Source: Eledone cirrhosa
Taxonomy: Eukaryota
DNA length: 64,000 nt
NCBI GenBank assembly: GCA_964016885.1
Contig: OZ024751.1
Coordinates: forward strand, 36,704,001 to 36,768,000
Direction: 5' to 3'
Shown here in pieces: positions 59,328 through 64,000 of the stretch. How positions within the stretch are numbered: the stretch's first letter is position 1; each line of letters opens with the position of its first letter. The position numbers and the translations under genes are program-made. Below the pieces are notes generated by a model. The model was not told where the DNA came from. It ran no database searches and saw nothing but the letters and a program-made list of their open reading frames with translations.

Positions 59328-59511
59328 TCTACATTTGGCTCAAGGCCAGCAATTATCCCACTTTATTACTGGTACTTTATTTTATCGACCCCGTAAGGAT
59401 GAAAGGCAAAGTTAACCTGGACGGGATTTGAACTCAGACCGTAAAGGGCCGTAACTCTTTGCTGCAATCCATGGCGTCTGACCCTCTACTGATACTGCCA
59501 ATCCACTGCCC
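59323..59511 (-). mobile_element. Family-1 SINE, full length
   Basis: A and B boxes and body on the minus strand. Confidence 0.92.
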
Positions 59512-60595
59512 TATGTGTTTATGGTTCCGTACACACGTTGTTTCTTTAGACGTGTGGCCTCTTAGATCTGTGGTTCGACTGGAAGCAATTGGTCAAATTC
59601 GCCCCGAAAATGAAGACAAAGCAGACTCTTTCAATTACATGTAGAATCCATCTGTCTACCCACTTTCACTCTCAAACGCTTTGGTCAACTCTTGGAGGCC
59701 AACGTTTTGGCCCTTCATTCTTCTGGTGGTCGATGAAACAACCAGAACGTCAATAACACCAACAGTGCCGTCATCTCCAATACCAAGCACACCACCATCT
59801 CTTCGAAAACATACCATCACCACCACCACCACCACCACCACTATCATCACTGCTAATTCCTCCACCACATTCCACAACCACTGACGAAACCACCACACCA
59901 ACCAACGAAACAAATACTATCACCATAACTCCACCTTATTTCAACACCACCAACGAAACCACCATGACCAGCACCAACACCACAACCTCCACCACCACCA
60001 CCACCAACACCACCACCACAACCTCCACCACCACCAATTCCCCCACCACATTCTACCACAACGACCACCAACTCCCACCACCACCACCACCACCACCACC
60101 ACCACCACCACCAATAATAAAGATAGATACACAATGACCAAGCTAACACAACAGAAACACGGCACACAACAATGTAAGAGAAATGTTTTAACAGGCGAAG
60201 GTTGGACTAAAAAAGAAATGTAGGGACTTGAGAAGGACTATAAATAAATGAATAAATAAATATATAAATCACTAAATAAATAAATAAATAAATAAATGAG
60301 GTAAAAAAAGGAAGCCTCTAGACATATGTTGATAAAAAAATGAAGGTGGTATATTCTCTCCAGTAATTCTTTTATTGATTTCGTTATTTTTTCTAATACA
60401 TATATTTTGATAGTAGATTATTATTATTATTATTATTATTATTATTGAAACAGAAAGGAAACGCATATAAACACGCATACACACTTTCACACACACACAC
60501 ACACACATACACACATAGACCCACATAGGCGCGCACACACACACACATATATATAGAGAGATAGATACAATACATACACCAAATGTTTATATACA

Positions 60596-60650
<55 letters not shown>

Positions 60651-61277
60651 CCATATTGAATTTCAATTTCCCTTACGACAAGAAAATAAAGTGAAAATAT
60701 AAGAAAATAAGAAAAATAATTAAAACAAAATGAAACTACATAAAAATATAAAAATAACCCAATTTGGAAACTGATTAAGTAAAAAAAAAAATAGATGATA
60801 TTTTTTCGTTTTTCCTCGTGAAAATAATAAGAAAAACGATAAGAAAAAAGATGAGAAGAAAGTGTTGAATTAAATTATTTTTGTAATATGAGTTTGTTTT
60901 TCGCATCTTTTTTGTCTCTCCTCTTCAGAAAAAAATAACTACACCCTTACTCATCATAGCAACTACCATGGTGCAAATTACAGGCGTGGCTGTGTGGTTA
61001 AGAGTATCACCGCTTCATAGCCACGTCACATTGACAATCGAGTTCGTTGACGGTCAGATGCTTTGACCTAGTGTCACATATTATAAGAGATTTGGGGCTG
61101 AGTACGAAGAAAGCTCTTATACATTCAAATTTTGAGGTGGTTATATTCATATATACAACACATGGGTGAAAAGGTACTCAATACTGAAAATAATGTATAA
61201 AATATTTCATTCAATCAAAACAAAACCATTTTTGTTTTACAGTCACCGATTATATACATTTATATGTATACACACAT

Positions 61278-61390
<113 letters not shown>

Positions 61391-61739
61391 CGTGCGTGTG
61401 TGTATGCATGTATTTGTGTATATATATATTGTCTTCAATAAGATAATTTACTCCCGGCGTGAAACCAGCCGGTAACCTTATGCAATATTGTGTAATATCG
61501 TTATTTTGTAATTATGTATGCATATCTATATCTATCTCTCTCTATATATATACATATATACCTTTGGCGTTGTATCCAGTGATTGAAATGGAATAAGGGT
61601 GGGACGTTGTGAGTAGGCGTTTCCATACATTTGGATTTTGAAAAGAGTAAATGTATCATACATCTTCACCTTCCCAAAACCTTCGTGTACCTTTTGATGC
61701 TAAAAACCAAATGCATCATTGCTTGTGCATATGTAATAA

Positions 61740-61772
<33 letters not shown>

Positions 61773-62647
61773 TATTATTATTATTATTATTATCATCATC
61801 ATTATTATTATCTATTTATTTTAAACCAAGGATCCAAGAAATAAAAACATATGTTCTGTAATAACTTTCGAAAATTTAACTCAAATTTAAAAAAAGAAGG
61901 AAAGAATTCTATTTGAACTTAAAAAGAAAATTTAATTAAATTAAGTAGAAAATTAAAATAAAGTTTTGAAAATAACTTTCTTTATAAAATCTAAATATAT
62001 TTAAACCGCTTTAGTTCAATTTTCATGCTAAACAATATCTAAAGTAAAAAAAATATCATTTCGTTGATGAAAATTTCATAAAAAATGAACTAAAACTACG
62101 ATATTTTTTTCTCCTTCTGATTCAAAGCTTATAGGAAGAACATTAATTAAATGATTACGTAGATTATTTAAAGTTTTCAACTTTTAGATCCATATTCTTC
62201 AAATTAACCGAAAAAAAATTAAAAACAAAAGAATGAAAGAAAGAATAAGATAGTAAGGAAAGAAAAGAGCGAAAAATAGCTCCTATTACTTTTTTTAATT
62301 CTCAAATTTACTGAGAAATTGAAAATTGTTTTATATACATATTTTTTTTTTCATTATTATTCTAATTGAACCGAACTAGATTTGATAGCAAATATCGGGT
62401 TATTCTTTTAATGTTTGGTGGAAGACATGTTGAATTTTCCGTAAAATTTCACAAGAGGCAATTATTTCATAATTTCGTTTATTTTCTAAAAAAATAGTTT
62501 TTCATATTCAGTGAGAAAATCTTAGATTTTTGTCTAGATTCTACTAAGTTACGTTCTACAATTTAGCCCCCCCCCCTCCCCCATAAAAATCCAATATTTC
62601 ATACAAAAAAGAAAGAGAAAATATCCATTATTATTAACACTATTACA

Positions 62648-62830
62648 AGGGTGGTGGATTGGCAGTATCGTTCTGAGTTCAAATCGTACCGAGATTAGCT
62701 TTGCTATTTAGCCTACCAGGCTCGATAAGATAAAGTACCAGGGGTCGATTTAATCACACTGGGGTTAACTTATTCAACTTTCCCTTTCCGTTCAAATTGC
62801 TCGCTTTGTGCCCAAACTAGAACCAAATAC
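62648..62830 (+). mobile_element. Family-1 SINE, old, deleted between the A and B boxes
   Basis: ggtggattggcagtatcg joined directly to ttctgagttcaaatc. Confidence 0.75.
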
Positions 62831-63888
62831 TAATACTATTTCAAAAGACAAAAGAGTGTCAGAGCGATGCATAAAGTTCGGGTTTCTAGTTTTTTTCCTT
62901 ACGATTCTTTACATTCCGAGTACAAATATCGTCGAAGACAAATGTGCTTTTTCTCCTACCGTGGTTGACAGGTAATAGAATAATTTTGATGAATTCCAAC
63001 TATTCTCCCTCTCATCTTCTAAACTAAGGAGCTTTAAATAGGTATGGAGTGGCATATGTCACGTAGACCAATGCTTACTAACCAACCTGCTCATCTCTGT
63101 TCTGGCCAGCAGGCAACCTTAAGGAAGTTGTCAACATCACAAATTTACATCAACTTATTTCAGTAATATTATTTAAGGTCTATGACAAAAGAAAACAAAA
63201 ATAAAACAACCTATAAATGGATCATTTTAACAATTTAGGATAACACTTCATTTATTTATAAAGAAATTAATGAAAAAACAGGAATGGAAACAATAAGGGC
63301 AAAGGAAAACAAAAACGGAACGAAACACGGGAAATGTTCATCAATGTAGAAATGTAATGATTTGTTTTAGTTGTTTTTATAGTTGTTATGTTTATTGGAA
63401 TCATACAGAAGACACACATACACACACATACACACACATTACATACACATCCATATACACATATATATGTGTGTCTGTATTTGTACGTTTGTGTGTGTGT
63501 ATTTGTGTGTATGTGCATGTGTATTTGTGTATGTGAGTGTGCGTATGTACATCTATGTATGTAGATATAAAACATTTTCAAAATTTCTCTGCTTTACCTA
63601 TTTCAGCCATTCATTTATTTTATATTAGGTTTTTCTCCCATTTTTTGTCTAACTATTTACTACAAATTTTAGCAGAATATTTAAATCGTTCTTATTGTTA
63701 CTTATGTTCTTTTTGCTATCTATGTTGTTGTTGTTGCTATAGAAGTGAAAAGTTTAAAGGTTATTGTTGTATTTAACACATTTTTATACTTTTATTTGTT
63801 ATTGAACATTATCTTTATTTTTTTGGTATTTTCATCCATTTTTTTTTGTAAGGGCAGGAAATAATCTATCTATCTATCGACTTTTCTC

Positions 63889-63981
<93 letters not shown>

Positions 63982-64000
63982 GGGTGGATATAGATATATT

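Overview
Eukaryotic, AT-rich, microsatellite-saturated intronic or intergenic DNA. The SINE and LINE repertoire looks like a cephalopod (Octopus-like) genome, judged from recall and not from a search. No intact protein-coding gene is visible. Almost all long ORFs, including the ~2500-aa ones at 36.4-44 kb, are simple-repeat artefacts. Recognisable content: more than 10 copies of a ~190-bp tRNA-derived SINE and other SINE relics; RTE, CR1, CRE and possibly R4/Dong LINE fragments; Tc1/mariner-type and hAT MITEs; several minisatellites; and two candidate host exons. The most interesting layer is a set of short, mostly non-coding elements sitting in (TA)n tracts that carry type I hammerhead ribozyme motifs of the Penelope-like-element (PLE) kind. 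I count six motifs with an intact core and about five variant or decayed ones, from several unrelated sequence families. Many of these insertions show fold-back inversions ending at TA microhomology. They include a 471-bp-period partial tandem with a near-textbook hammerhead (a retrozyme-like candidate) and an 8-copy 'palindrome plus tail' family whose ~60-bp arms co-vary between subfamilies.
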